Shown here piece after piece: positions 1 through 14,470 of a DNA stretch of 64,000 bases. The first letter of the stretch is position 1. Every line of letters starts with the position of its first letter. A program made the position numbers and the translations under genes. The DNA is taken from assembly GCA_012295275.1 (NCBI GenBank), contig CM022671.1:7502001-7566000 (forward strand), written 5' to 3'. The DNA comes from Chrysomallon squamiferum. Its lineage: Eukaryota; Animalia; Mollusca. Under the pieces are notes generated by a model. The model saw nothing but the letters and a program-made list of their open reading frames with translations. It searched no databases and was not told the DNA's origin.

Positions 1-735
1 CATGTAAAATAGAACACTGGAAAAAGTTAAAAAGAAGAAATATCAGATTTGAAACAATCTTTTGTCGTAAAAAATTGTTTTTTTCCAAACAGTTTTCACA
101 AGTTAGTGTAAAATATTCTGTCTGTGAACTGCAAAAGTTTGTTTTTATTATATCATATACAAATCTGTCATTGTTCTCATGTTAATCAGTATAATTACCA
201 ATTGTATATTATTTTTTTAATCCCAGATCAATGTTCTGAATATAGAAAAACTTTCTAAATACTTTTTAAAGGTGTGATGTATAAATTAAGACAAAGTTTT
301 ATGTTGAAGTCGGATGTCAAATACAGCTTAACGATACCTAATTCTTATACATATCTCAGAACTCTATTTTTTCATATCTTCTGAATATAAATACAATTAT
401 TTATTTATTTATTTTCCTTAAATCCTGTGATGCCTGAAATTGTTTCTTCATTTTAATGTGTTGTTGGTTTGTCAAAGAGAATTAACAATTATTTTTAAGG
501 TTTTGATATAATAATCTGAATTTAACTAGATGTGGCATGCTGTGTCACTATTAAGGTATATATACATGGTGTACTCACTGATATGTTTTTAAATGTTACT
601 CTGTACCTCTCCCCATCAGTATTTTGTTGGGTTCTGTTATTTTTATTATTATTAATATTATTAATAATTTTTATTTTTATTTTTTATTTGTTTTTTCAAA
701 ATTATTTCCATTCCAGTTCTGATTCTTACGAGTGC

Positions 736-769
<34 letters not shown>

Positions 770-2229
770 TCAAAAAGTGTTCAAACATTGCATGCTTGGT
801 GTTGTACGAATAGATACATTTTACAATTACCTTCATTGAATATATTCATATTTTAACAGAGGTGTCTGTTCTCTAGGTTATTAGATGTTCTTGTGGGATA
901 GATACGGCAAAGAAATTTATACTTATTAAATTATTGTTGACAATAAGATTAATTTCCTCAATGTCATATCCAATATGCTTTCGATGTTCAATATCATTTC
1001 AGTGTTACACCCAATTGTTGCCTCCGATCTGCAATTTGTGTCTCCAAAGAGGTTTTTAATTAGTATTTTAATTAGTGGTATTGTTTGCATGGTTGTGTTC
1101 TCAGCATTGACATCTAGTCTAACTGGTTGTTACTTATAACATTTATTTTATCTATTTAAGTATTAATATTCTCTTTTTAACCATATTGTCTCTTCAGGTT
1201 GTTTGGTTAAATTTATTTAACAAATACAAAAGCTCTCCAAATTATGATTCAAAAAAATTGCCTCGCATTGTTATTATTTTTTTTTTTTTTTTGGACTAAG
1301 AAATAATTTTTGGCAGTTTTAGGAATGAAATATGTTTTAAATTATTTTTTTAAAACATTGTTATTATTATTATTATTTATTTTTATTTTTATTTATTTAT
1401 TTTATTGTTTGATTTTAAGATACAGAATACAGGGTTTCTGAAATTGCATTTATAAACTGCTCCATGTCAAAAATGTATTTATAGTTTCAAAAATTGAATT
1501 TAAAAATTAAATTTACTGAACAGAGATGAAATAACTTTTCTGATGCTGACCTTTTAAAACAACATCTGAAAAAGAATGAGATGAAAAGAAAATACCTTAA
1601 AACAATTACTGCATTAATAAATTTTGTTTCTTTCATCCCCTTTTACTATACTGCCAACAAAAGAACAGAAATGCATTTTAACTTGATTTCTTGATTTTAT
1701 TTTTTTATTTTGATACTCTTGTCTTGCAATAAAAATGGAAAAATGGACAAATAAGATCTATTTTGAACAAATAATACGCTCAATTCTTTTATATAATACT
1801 GCATTTTTTCTTTTTTATTATTTTGTTTCATCGATCAAAGAACAAGCATAATCATCATAATTTAAAGAAAACAAACAAACCAAACAAAAAACAACAAAAA
1901 TATGGAGAGGGAACAAGCTTTTTTAAATATGTATTTTACTCAACCAAGCAGATTTAAAACAGCTTTTTTTGAAAACCACAGTTTGGCCATTTTTTTTTTT
2001 TTCGTTATTAACTAACGTGTGTAGTTTTGCTAAAACATTTAATTTTTTTTTTGTTTTCATGTCTCTACAGCTGATAGTGTACAGCATTTTTGTTGATAAA
2101 AATTGAAAAAGAAAAATGTGGTTCTTTATTTATTTTCAAACATATTTTCTCATATTATACTGTAACAATGGCAGGGTGTTCACGGAACTTAAAAGTCGTA
2201 TGTGGCTTTTTGACCAAAACATCGTCGCA

Positions 2230-2304
<75 letters not shown>

Positions 2305-2619
2305 GTGAGTAGTTACAGAGCAAGAGCGTTAATTCATACTTGGATAAAAACAATTTAGCATTTACGGTTACTTCCCTTCTACACCACTGATACAGACTGC
2401 AGCCAAATGATTGAAACTGGGGAACATATCACTATCGGTTTTCAGCATGCATCTACTATTGAGCGATACCCCATTTTTATCCATGTGTGTATGTGTATAC
2501 ACAAAACGAAATGTACACACACACGACCAAACGTATACACGAAGAAACATTCGTATATGTAAATACACAGACATCACACATATAACCAGGTAATATAGAT
2601 AGACATAAAAACACGCACA

Positions 2620-3680
2620 GTCGTAAATCCTCAGTAAATCCACAGTATACATATATACATACACGTAGGTATGCATATACGTACAGTCATAAATCCATAG
2701 TATATATATACACACAGGTACACTCGTAAATCCACAACATACAGTGGCACCTCGAGTCCTACGCATGTTTTTCGAATACGAGCAACAGCCAGGGCCGATT
2801 TTTGCTTTGAGTTGCGAACCAAAATTCGAGTTACGAGCCGCTCGTTGGCGCAACGAACAACACAGTATTCGCCCAGCGTCCCACGATTCACTCGTTTACT
2901 TCACGCGGTTAACTCGTCGTGGAAACATCTCTGTTATGTTGTGTTCGTGTTTTGTGCAGTATTTTTGCCAAATTTCTTTTTTCAGACCATGGATCCTAAG
3001 AAAGTGAATGCAAAGGACAGTGCTGAGAAGAAGAAGCGGATGAAATCATAAAAAAACACGAGAGAGGTGTGCGTTTAGTCGATACTCTTATGTACGGACA
3101 CAAACGAATAGTAGTAAATCCACAATACCCTTATCACACATAAAAATATATTCATTTTATCCACAGTATATCTTATCTCCACAGTTTATAACCCTTATCT
3201 ATATACACACAAAAACATAAATTCATATATCCACAGTATATACACTTATCTACTCACACACACACGTACACTCATAAATCCACAGTATATACACTTATCT
3301 ACTCACACACGTAAATTCATATATCCACAGTATATACACTTATCTACTCACACACACGTAAATTCATATATCCACAGTATATACACTTATCTACTTACAC
3401 ACACGTAAATTCATACATCCACAGTATATACACTTATCTACTCACACACAGACAATTCATAAATCCACAGTATAAACACGCATGAAAATAAATTATATAT
3501 CCATGTATATACACTTATCTAAATCACGTAAATTCATATATCCACAGTATATACCTTATCTTATACACACACACGTATATATAAATCCACAGTATATACT
3601 ACACATTTGTATACAGAGTATAGACATACACTTATGCACAGATACGTACACAGACAGTCTAAATCCATACCATAAAGACC
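2620..3680. repeat. Minisatellite, about 42-46 bp unit (AAATTCATATATCCACAGTATATACACTTATCTACTCACACACACGT), interrupted by the Tigger fragment
   Basis: ATCCACAGTATA core recurs more than 12 times; best conserved at 3220-3480. Confidence 0.85.
2742..3083 (+). mobile_element. Tigger/pogo DNA transposon 5' fragment
   Basis: TA|CAGTGGCACCTCGAG terminus; ATG 2989 gives MDPKKVNAKDSAEKKKRM, then a frameshifted EIIKKHERGVRLVD; homologous to the copy at 15241-16017. Confidence 0.85.
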
Positions 3681-3885
3681 CATGAAAATACATACACAGA
3701 TACATATATAAGAACAACACATATATTTATATTACATAATATATACACACATACAAAAGCACAAACAGAGAAACAGAGTAGAATGCATTCAAATACAAAC
3801 AGACATAAAGACAAAAATAATCCGTGGTCAATACACATATACGCTGAAAACAGATCAATAAACAAATAAAATAAAATGAAATAAG

Positions 3886-3920
<35 letters not shown>

Positions 3921-4529
3921 CTTGTAGATAGGCAAAACATATCTGGACTGTTTCTTACCTTTTTACTCTTACCGAAGTTAATACCGATTCTTCATCGTAA
4001 AAGCTAAATGAAACGTTAATTAATCTCTGGATCTCAGATTACATTTTTTTTTTTCCAATTGAGCTTACATTAACCAAGTTTTCATGCACTGAAACAAAAA
4101 CCAAAAAAACACAAAAAAATTAAAAACCATAAAACCCAAACAATTTAACATTATTTGATGACACACATCTGTGAACAACAGGAAACGAAGATCTATTCTG
4201 TGTTCACGACGCATTAAAAAAAATCGAACTTGTTTAGTTTGAAAGACGAAATAACATGATTCTTTGTAAAAGATGCTACAGGTTTTTTCTTAATGAGTAT
4301 TTCGAATAATTTCTGCAGATAAAAACAAACAGACGTAGTAGGAAAAATATTTCGTTATTCATTTTATTTTATTTTTTTTTTTTTAAAGAAAATAAAAAGA
4401 AAGAAAAGAAGAGGATATAATTTTCGATAGCTTGAATGAAAGGTGATGAAGAAAAGAAAAAAGAAGAATGGAAAAGAAAAAAGAAAGAATAAAGAAACCA
4501 TCAACAGTATCGACCAGCCAAAAATATTA

Positions 4530-4565
<36 letters not shown>

Positions 4566-4588
4566 AATATAATAAATAAATAAAATAA

Positions 4589-4639
<51 letters not shown>

Positions 4640-4654
4640 AAATAAAAATAAAAA

Positions 4655-4688
<34 letters not shown>

Positions 4689-5555
4689 AATAAAATAATA
4701 ATAATAAAATAAAATTTAAAATTAAAAATAAAAAAATAAAAAAAAATAAAATAAAATAAAGAAGATAAAAGTGTTTTCACGGAGAACTCTCTCTCACATT
4801 CTGGATCCTATTTTAACAGAAAAATACACGACAAATTAAATATCTGTTTCATTCGAAGCTTCGAGAAAACGCGCGATAAAACGTGATTTCGAATAGCAAA
4901 AAGGCTTCTGTTCGGAACAATAAAAATGTTTTTTTTTAATTATGAGATTTCGAAACCTCTCTTCTCTTTCTGTTGAAAGAAATCTTAAAGTGTTATAAAT
5001 TACCACGTCGTAGCTGTCGCCATACTTGTGAACACACCTTCGTAAATTAATATGTTATATTTTGCTAAAAAAAAAAAAAAAAAAAAAAAATTTACCTTAC
5101 CTACGCAAAATTGTCTATGTATGAATGTGTGTACGTCTGCTTTTGAGTGGGTTAGTAAAACACAAAGAGACCAAAATTAATGAGACTTCCTGGTAAATAT
5201 TTTTATTTTTTATTTTTGCTAATGATAGCATGCACTTTAAAAAAAAAAAAAAAAAAAAGAAAAAAAAAACAGGAAGAGAGGAAACCTACAACAATATAGG
5301 AGAATATTTTTATCTAAAAAATATAAAAGACAAAGACGAATATGTAATGAACTAAATGAGGAAAAGAGCAGCGAGAAAATAACTATTGTTTCAAATATAC
5401 GACTTTAAACTGATTACCGGTTCCTGGATTCTTTGCTGCTAATAAAACGATTTTCTATACAAAGGAATCATATAATTTTTATTTTTTTATAAGTACTGTT
5501 ATACTAGTATTATATACATTTATATAAATATACAGACATATAGCATGAATAATAC

Positions 5556-5649
<94 letters not shown>

Positions 5650-5975
5650 GACAAGGGAGAAACAAAGAGAGAGGGAGAGAAGATATAATTTCTTGTGAAT
5701 CAATATTTTATTTGAAACTCGGATGCGAGATCTTTCATCTTATACTTTCCAAAAGAAAAATCATTATTTGAAAACCACAACTTTGATGTTTTAATATCCG
5801 GAGGTGGGCAGACAAGTACTACTAAACTCGAAATTAAAAAACAACCATGTAACTGATACAGTTTTGTTACTAACTTGTACTGCTTTCTAGAATATTATAT
5901 GTGCATAATCTTTCACGAATCATGCTTAAGTAAAATATATACATGTTTATAAATAGAAAGGATTTTGGAGTTAAA

Positions 5976-6082
<107 letters not shown>

Positions 6083-6289
6083 AAACTAACTATCTATTTT
6101 TCCCTTATATCTAACAGTATATCTTATTCTCCAAAACGGAAAACAAAAACAAAAAAAAAAAAAAGAAAGAAAAGAAAAAAGTCCATGTAACGACCGAGAA
6201 AAATTATAATAGATCATAACAGATACAAAAAAGTATAAATCGGTCATACTTTTTTATCCAAAAGAACAAAAACAAACACTAGTAAACAG

Positions 6290-8262
6290 ACGACAAAATG
6301 TATTTTAATCATCACAAAATACAGTAATGTCTTGGGTGTAATTATGAACAAAATTAATAGTAACAATCATGTTATAACTTACCCGCCATTTTCTGTGATA
6401 TGTACAACGCATGTTAACTCACAACCTGATAATATTAACAAATAATTTTGTATTCCAAGATAATCAAATTTACATACATAATTTATTATTGGTTGATGAG
6501 AGTATTTCCAAGCCATTGTGTAATTCACCATTAACACCACACTTTGCTAACAATAAAGTCTAACAATACAATGAGCGTAAAAGACCGTAGACACTGTCAT
6601 TTCTTTTATGTTTTATGACGGCATTTCGTACATTGAACATTCAAAGGCACATTGTTTAAAAATACGAGCAGTCGTCCTTGCAGTACAGCAGACGTGAAGT
6701 TGCACTTTATTTATTTAAAATGCTTTGAAATACGTATTACTCTAAAAATCTAAAAACCTACAAATCTACAGGAACGAACAGGTACCACTGCATAAATTGG
6801 CCGCGAAGTTAAACTGTCCAGTCACGTTTAAGGATTGAACTTAAACCAAAAAAAAAAAAACACGTAAACAAAACGAAGTATAATCCTCAGGACAGGTCAA
6901 ACCGTTATGTTCATAAGAATTTAAAGATATTTTTTAAAGGACCGCCGATCACTATCTTGATGTTCCGCTCTCTAAGTAGTTGAAATCACCCGTCTTTCAG
7001 CCATTCAAGAAAACAACACGCATGTTATAGATTTAACGTGTAATTTAGAATTCAGATTTGTATTTATTAACCTTTTGTAATATATGATAACAATATTTCA
7101 CGTGTGACTTAGAAATCAGTTTCACATTTACTGAATCAGTGGTCACAAGAACAGCTGATAATAGCTTAGAAACCAGTGAATCACGTATTTATAATGTTGT
7201 TAAATATCTTGTTTTATTGATAATATTTCACTTGTAATGTAGAAATCAGCCCATTACTTAATTACAATATTGTTAGAACGAATTGTTATGTTAATAACAA
7301 TTTTTCCACGTTTAATTAAGAAGTTAGTCTCTTATTTACTGATTTGATTGTAATATCTTGTTACATTTAGACGAATATTTCACGTACAACTTCAGCGGTC
7401 TCAAATGAGTGAATCAGATACTCATACTGTTATAATACGGGGTTAGTATTTCATTTAGAAACAGTGTTAAATCAGTTGTAATGCCTGGTTACAAAACACG
7501 ACAACTCTACTTTATTTGTAACGTATTAGTTACTGTTTGTGATGTATGATTACGTTATTCCACGTGTTAAATATTTGTAATGAATGTTCTTCTAGGGTTT
7601 CTGAATCTCACGTCTAAACGGAAAATTGTCGAAAATCATCATTCAGTGAGTTATTGCTACAAACAAAATCTTTGTCATGTCATTACACTCTTTTATGACT
7701 TTAAATAACCTTTTGGAGTAAATACTAATAAAATAAACAATAACTTTGTAACGCTTACAATAATTTTTCACATGTTACCTACATAAACAAATTTAAATCA
7801 ACTTTTTAGGTAAATAGCTATAAAAATATCTTAGAAATGCTTTAAAAACTTACAAAATCGTGTAATACTTACGCTTTAAATCAGCCATTTTGTTAAAAAC
7901 TACAACAAAATCTTGTAACGCTTAAAACAGTATTTCACGTATTACCTAAACGTTTTCACAAATCAGCAGCCACTAAGTTAAATGTTGTAACGTTTACGAC
8001 AGTACGTCACGTGTTACCTAAAAGCGTGTTTACATCAACCAGTCATGTAAAGAGTGCGTTATTATTTGGCTACTTTAAAACGGTTTTAAACGATCATTTA
8101 CATAAATCCTGCTACAATGTTTTTGTAACGCGGACGACAAGTATTTTCACGTATTATCTAAACACTTTTTTTTTTAAATGAGCAATTCAAGTAAATACTG
8201 CTGGTTATTCTCTTTATAAAAATTGTTTTAAATTTTTTTTTTTAAATAAAAGGCATGTAGAC
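6290..8262 (-). other. Probable 3' UTR of the RTK gene
   Basis: Microsatellite-free stretch after the stop codon, with minus-strand AATAAA/ATTAAA candidates near 6706-6715, 6482 and 6304. The true end cannot be determined. Confidence 0.4.
7020..8200. repeat. Two degenerate tandem arrays in the putative 3' UTR
   Basis: Recurring AATATTTCACGT...TTAGAAATCAG (7020-7570) and TTGTAACGCTTA...TTTCACGT.TTACCTAAA...TAAATCA (7740-8200). Confidence 0.65.
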
Positions 8263-8433
8263 TCAGGTATAACTAGCAATGGAACTTGAATAACCAGACG
8301 ATGTCCGGTTTTCTCTGTTTCCTTTGAAACTGTCCATTCTCACGTTCTCGTTGAGGCTCGTCAGTGAGATGTCAGTCTCATCAGTGAGTGCGTTGTGAAC
8401 CGATTTTGAGGATGGCTGCATATCGAGATAGTC
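8263..8433 (-). CDS. Terminal coding exon, C-tail: DYLDMQPSSKSVHNALTDETDISLTSLNENVRMDSFKGNRENRTSSGYSSSIASYT*
   Basis: ttgcag acceptor, phase 0, 56 codons plus TGA; begins DYLDM like the FGFR EYLDL and RET DYLDL tail exons. Confidence 0.88.
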   Translation of the reverse strand, partial: DYLDMQPSSKSVHNALTDETDISLTSLNENVRMDSFKGNRENRTSSGYSSSIASYT

Positions 8434-8501
8434 CTGCAAATAAAATAATAAATAAGGAAATCAGTAAGCAAGTAAGTAAGTAGACAGACAGACAGACAGA
8501 C

Positions 8502-8548
<47 letters not shown>

Positions 8549-8912
8549 AAGACAGAACAAATAAACAAATAATAATAATAATAAATAGATAAATAAAATA
8601 AAAGTAAATAAATTAAAGAATCTAGGTCAGTGATATCTGAATGAAGATTTATATGCCTGTAATTTATTATTTTAATTTTATTTTCAACACTATCGTTTAC
8701 CAGTATTAAAGTATGAGAAAACCAACAACTCTGGATGCCGATAAATGTTTATTTTATTTGTATTCGCAACAGTATTGTTTACCAGTAATAAATGATGAAA
8801 AACAGCTTTGTATACTTATAAGTATTTATTTTATTTGTTTCTCGGCACTATCGTCTGCCAACATCATAATAAACTCATACACAAGTACACAATATACACA
8901 CATACCCATACG

Positions 8913-8965
<53 letters not shown>

Positions 8966-10302
8966 TCATATATATATATATATAAATACACCATACACCT
9001 ATAAAAAACAAAATTAATAAAAATATTAAATAATAATACATTTTATTTTTAAATATATATATGTGTGTGTATGCATTCTATATTTGGCGAAGGAGACGTT
9101 TGTGAAACTGGTGCTAATAACTGATTGAAATGTGAGGTTTCTCTCAGTCTTTGTCTCTGTAGCGTTCTTAACTTTCTGATCATCCGCGGAGTTTTACAAA
9201 ACAATGGCTGCATTCAAAATGGCTGCACGCCTAAACTGTCATATTTGAAAAGGAAGCTGTTTCGCTGTTACTTTTGAGAAGCCGTACAAATTTGTTTTTG
9301 AAAACAGTTTTGAAAGAGACACACTGAAGATAGAGACTTTCTAGTGAAAATACAAAACCTCGCCGCACTGGAATCATGTTGAACTGATTAAAATAATCGA
9401 CTGCAGAATTTACAGAATTCTTTGAAAAGACAAAATTATTCGGAAACAACAGAAAACTAAATTTTAAAAAGAAAGTGAAGAAGAAGAAAAATTGAAGTAG
9501 AAGAAGATAAATAAGTAAAAGAAAAGAAAAAAAAAAGAAAAAGAAAAAAGAATACAAAATATGTTAAAAACAAATCAAAAAAGTTAATTGAAACTTTTCA
9601 CTTTATTTAATTTTTTTTACTTAGTACTAGTAAAGATAAAATTTTAAATAAATCTGAGATTGTTTTCAGGAGAAAAACAAAATAAGTGAAAAAAACAACA
9701 ACAACAACAACAACAACAAAAAAGAAAGACAATGAACGTGACAAAGATTCAGATAGGAAGTACGAGTTTCATTAGCAACAACAAATTATCACTTTTTAAT
9801 TTTTATTTAATTTTTATTTAATTTAATGTAATTTTATTTTAATTTTCTTTTTATTTATTTATTTTCGTGACGGAATCTAATGATATTTTCAAAGAACACT
9901 GTAACTTTCAGAATCCGGAACAAAATAATTTTTTCTTCAAAGACATTGAATAGTGGAAACTCATTCTCTTTTTGAAATGGCTGAACGTACGAACACTTTG
10001 CTTACGAGAAACGTAGGTGTTTTAATAACCACACCACGTAAAAAAATAATGCTATTAGACAAGGAAATGAAAATTCGGTTAGTTAGTCTGAATATTTTTT
10101 ACTTGTTACATTAATTATACTTCTGTTGAGCTATTTACTGGCACTGCCAGCAATTCTTCCTGGAAAGACCGTGTGTATGTTTTCCTGTAATAATGGGTTC
10201 GTGTATACTGAAGTAACCTTGGAATTGTAAATTGTCTAATAGTAAAAACACAGGGTGAATTGTCGTAAACAGTTTTAATGCAGTATTACTGAATTAGAAT
10301 TT

Positions 10303-10384
<82 letters not shown>

Positions 10385-10480
10385 AAGGTTTATTATTACG
10401 AAAAGAACTATAAAAAAAGATTTGGAAGAAATCTCGAAAACCCTCTGTAAACACATACATCCACCTCCCTCCCTCCCTCT

Positions 10481-10531
<51 letters not shown>

Positions 10532-10699
10532 GTCTTTCGGTTCTCTCTTTTCTTTTTTATTTGTCTTTCGTAATTTTCAATGAAAAACAAAGACAAACAT
10601 AAAAGAAAAAATCTTTGAAAAAATTTTTTAAAACGTTTCCTGATATTAACGGACAAACATTATTAAGTCCTTTTTAAATCTTCTTATTATTTTAGTTCG

Positions 10700-11715
10700 T
10701 TTTTTTTTTGAAACCAGGCAGTGATTTGATCAGTTAAAGACAAAGGTTTAGAATTTGTTATTCATATTAATTTTCAATGAAAAAAAACAAATAACAAAAA
10801 CACTTTGTTAAAAGATAACTGATCTCCAAAATAAAATAATTGATTTTGACCAAAACCACGTTTGCTATCTTTATTAGTTTAACTAGCAGACAAGGGAAGG
10901 AATATCAGGTATTAATTCCTGAAATATTGACCAAATCTTGATATTTGAAAACATCTTTAGAGACAATGATTATATTTAATTAGTTTAGATTCTGTTGAAA
11001 CCAGGCAATGATGACTCGACAACAGTTAAAGACAGAGGTATAGAATGTTTTATCCAACTCATTATTAAAACTAAGACGAAACAAAATTAATATAACCTCT
11101 TTTTGTAAAAACATCACTTTCATTCATTTGTTTCAAATAAGTGCCATTTGATCTCCATAATAAAATAGTCCCATTTTTTCCGGTCTCCAAAAAAGGCCAT
11201 CATCATATCATGTACTCTCGTTTTTCTTTATCTTTATTAGTTTCATTCTTAAAAAATTCAAAGTAAAAAACAAGGAATTATATTGGGAAAAGGAACATCA
11301 GGTCGGGTAATTCCATACTGAAAAATATTGACCAGTAATAATACTAAGGAACCATCTAACCTTTCTTGGAAAACATCTTGAAGACAAAACGATTAAAAGA
11401 CAATGTTTTATAATTTAATTCATCTTTGTTTCATCAGAAGATGGCTGTTGCAGCTCCAGATATTAAGAGGTGTATTAATTTGTTCTTCGTCTTTCGACAA
11501 CAGCTTCTTAATGGAATTCCTTTTATACTATTCTAGGTGCAGGTATTAATAAAGATAAAAAGGACCCTGTTTTAACAGTGGCAGATATCAGTTTTATCCA
11601 GCTATTACATTTTCTATAAACGGAAGCACCAGAGGGATGGATAATTTCCATGGGTTAACAGTTATTGCCTTGACCTTTTTGTAACAGGGTTCTTATCCCA
11701 AACCCATTTTTCATT
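10700..11715. repeat. Unclassified dispersed repeat with internal partial duplication
   Basis: 11200-11710 is collinear with 16340-16730 (AAGGAACATCAGGTCGGGTAATTCCATA, TTCTTGGAAAACATCTTGAAGACAAAACG, GGCTGTTGCAGCTCCAGA, TTTTGTAACAGGGTTCTTATCCC); partial copy at 10860-11050. Confidence 0.8.
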
Positions 11716-12226
11716 GCCATGTTTTTTCCAAATCTGCTCAGAAAGTGCCATTTCTTCCTGGTGCAATTTTTTCCTCGTTCCAATACCAAATGATTACCAG
11801 CGTCTGATTTATGCGAATTTCAGACTAACGTAAAAAAGTGCATTAAAATCGGCTTTGTTCCTAAGGTACAAACACGATCAGTTCTGTTTTAAGAGTGCAT
11901 GTCAGAAATAGAAATGTTTAACATGCAGAAATATCGAATTAAAATGTGTTTTGTGGTCTGTTAATCTGACAGAAAAACGGATTTTCTCTCAAGAAGATGT
12001 TTCAGGAATACTCAAAATATGACGTCATCCCCCACAAAAAACCAACAAAACCCCCTCCCAACATCATCACCCAAAAGAAACAAACATACACAACACAACA
12101 ACAACAGCAATAAAAATACAAAAAAACAACTGCAAGTAACTGAGATTTAAATAATGTTTTGTAGTGATGGTAATAATAACAACAACAACAACAACAAAAA
12201 AAAAAATAATAATTATAATAATGAGG

Positions 12227-12261
<35 letters not shown>

Positions 12262-12271
12262 GATGATAATA

Positions 12272-12320
<49 letters not shown>

Positions 12321-12370
12321 TGAAGAATATTTTTTTTTTTTTTTTTTTTTTCACTCTAATTTGTACTCAC

Positions 12371-12476
12371 GTTGACAAAAACTTTCTGTAGCACTTCGTC
12401 CAGTGTGGCGCACAGTTTTGCAAAAGATGGCCGCTTTCTAGGGTCTTCTTCCCAGCATGCTTTTAAAATCTCGAAA
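12371..12476 (-). CDS. Kinase subdomain XI: FEILKACWEEDPRKRPSFAKLCATLDEVLQKVFVN
   Basis: 106 nt, phase 2-0, atccag / GTGAGT; CW...P..RPSF motif. Confidence 0.93.
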
Positions 12477-12972
12477 CTGGATGGAGAAGAAAAAAAGGCT
12501 GATATTAAATCTTTTTTTTAGAATTTCAACAGCGTGACGACATGAGATCATTTTTTTTCATAATATATATATATTTTTAAAATTCTGTTAATAGTTACTG
12601 AACGAAATGTCGTGTTTCAAAGTAAATAAAAAATGGCGAAGAAATTTGTTTGCGAGCTACGTTGTAATTTTTGAAAATACACTAATCCTATTATAGTGAA
12701 AATACACTAATCCTATTATTCTTTTGTTTATTTCTTCTTCTTCTTCTTCTTCTTTTTATTATCATCATCATCATCCTTATTTTTATTTTTATTATTATAT
12801 TTTATTATCATAATCATGATTATTATGGTTATTATAATTGTTGATGTTGTTATTATTTAAGTTTTTAAAATTTATTTTCATTTATTTTTTGTAAAATCAT
12901 AAACAAGTGTTATATGACAATTTCCGATATGGCTTTATTATGTTTATATAAACTAATAAACTGGTGACTTAC

Positions 12973-13181
12973 AAATCGTTTGGACAGCTGGGTGGCTGAG
13001 AAAGTCGGTACCCGGATCGGTGCAGTTCGGCTATTTGGTCTACTGGTATTCCGGGGTACGGTGAACCGCCTAGCGTAGTTATCTCCCATAGCAAAATACC
13101 AAACGACCAGACGTCGCTTTTCGTGCTGTACTGACCCCACAACAAAGCTTCCGGACTCAGCCATTTGTAAGGCAGTTGACC
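12973..13181 (-). CDS. Kinase subdomains VIII-X: [46 protein letters not shown]...SCPND(F)
   Basis: 209 nt, phase 0-2, attcag / GTAAGT; SDVWSFG and TLGGSPYPG motifs of the FGFR/RET clade. Confidence 0.95.
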
Positions 13182-13265
13182 CTGAATACGACAGTTATGT
13201 GGTATTTTGAATTTATGACCGTGATATAATTTATTATTATTTTTATACATTTTTATTACTACTAC

Positions 13266-13296
<31 letters not shown>

Positions 13297-13469
13297 TATT
13301 TATTTTTATTTATTTTTATTTTTTTACATTAAAAAGAAAAGAAAATCAAGAACAAAAACGTTCTTGTTTTATTCTTCTTCGTCTTCTTTTTCTCCTTCTT
13401 TTTATTAGTATGTGTATTTTTTGTTGTTGTGAACAGTATATTTAAATTAAGGTGAAAGACATGCTGTTC

Positions 13470-13720
13470 ACGAAATACAATTGACTGAAAGGTATATACT
13501 GTATATTATTGAAAATGGTGAATAAATATTTTGAACTGTTATTTGTATACTGGATTAGCTATTTACGCTGTACACTATTATTTGTATACGCTAGACTGAT
13601 ATTTACATACTGCAAACAATTATTTGTAAAATGCTGATGAATATTTACATCTTATTTGTATTCACTAGACTGATTATTTCATGTTGTGGATTGATATTTG
13701 TACAATTTTAATATACTATA
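13470..13720. repeat. Degenerate tandem repeat of about 40 bp
   Basis: Recurring TATTTGTA...TAGACTGATATTTACA. Confidence 0.55.
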
Positions 13721-13931
13721 TTTTAAACAATAAAAACTGAATTCTGCATATAAAACAAATTTGTATTTAATATTTTGAATTTATTACATCATAAAACGAA
13801 GTTTTCATAATCACATAAAAATAAATATAATCATATTAAAAATATATTATTAATAATAATCTTAATTTCGCATATAATAAAAGAAATTTTCATTATTCCT
13901 AAATAATAATAATAATTATTATTATTATTAT

Positions 13932-13972
<41 letters not shown>

Positions 13973-14347
13973 TAGAAAATAACAGGAGCAACAACAACAA
14001 CAATAACAATAATAACAATTTTAATAGTAATATAAAATATCAACTTTAATTCTAAATGTCCATCAAATAGCGCAGTCATATATATAACCCCTGAAACAAC
14101 AAGTAAATGAGAAGAAATGTTCCGCGGTTATAGGACATGACTACAATTACCAGTACAGCGATCAAAACAAATTACACTCGTATGACTGCGCTCGCCTACG
14201 ATGTCCCTTCTTCCTAATAGGAATGGTGTGAGGAAATGGAAGATAAATTACACTTATAAAACTAGGCCTGTGACGTGAACCTAACCTAATTACCGTCTGA
14301 TAACCAGTGGGCACGTGCCCGAGCGCGCGCTTTTGCGAGTAGCCTAC

Positions 14348-14470
14348 CTTTGAAGAGCGGAAGTAGTATCCATTTTCGTATACGTCTCTCGAAAGTCCGA
14401 AATCGGATATTTTAGCTACAGGTCCGCTGGCAATGAGAATGTTTCTGGCCGCCAAATCTCGATGGATGCA
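14348..14470 (-). CDS. Kinase catalytic and activation loops: [41 protein letters not shown]
   Basis: 123 nt, phase 0-0, ttccag / GTAGGC; HRDLAARN tyrosine-kinase signature, DFG, tandem YY. Confidence 0.95.

Noticed and set aside
1-1800. 3' UTR of a neighbouring plus-strand gene (AATAAA at 1728)
   Set aside because: Plausible from composition, but no coding exon is visible to support it.
2341-2483. Small MITE bounded by TGGATAAAAA / TTTTTATCCA
   Set aside because: A 10-bp AT-rich inverted repeat without a target-site duplication is compatible with chance.
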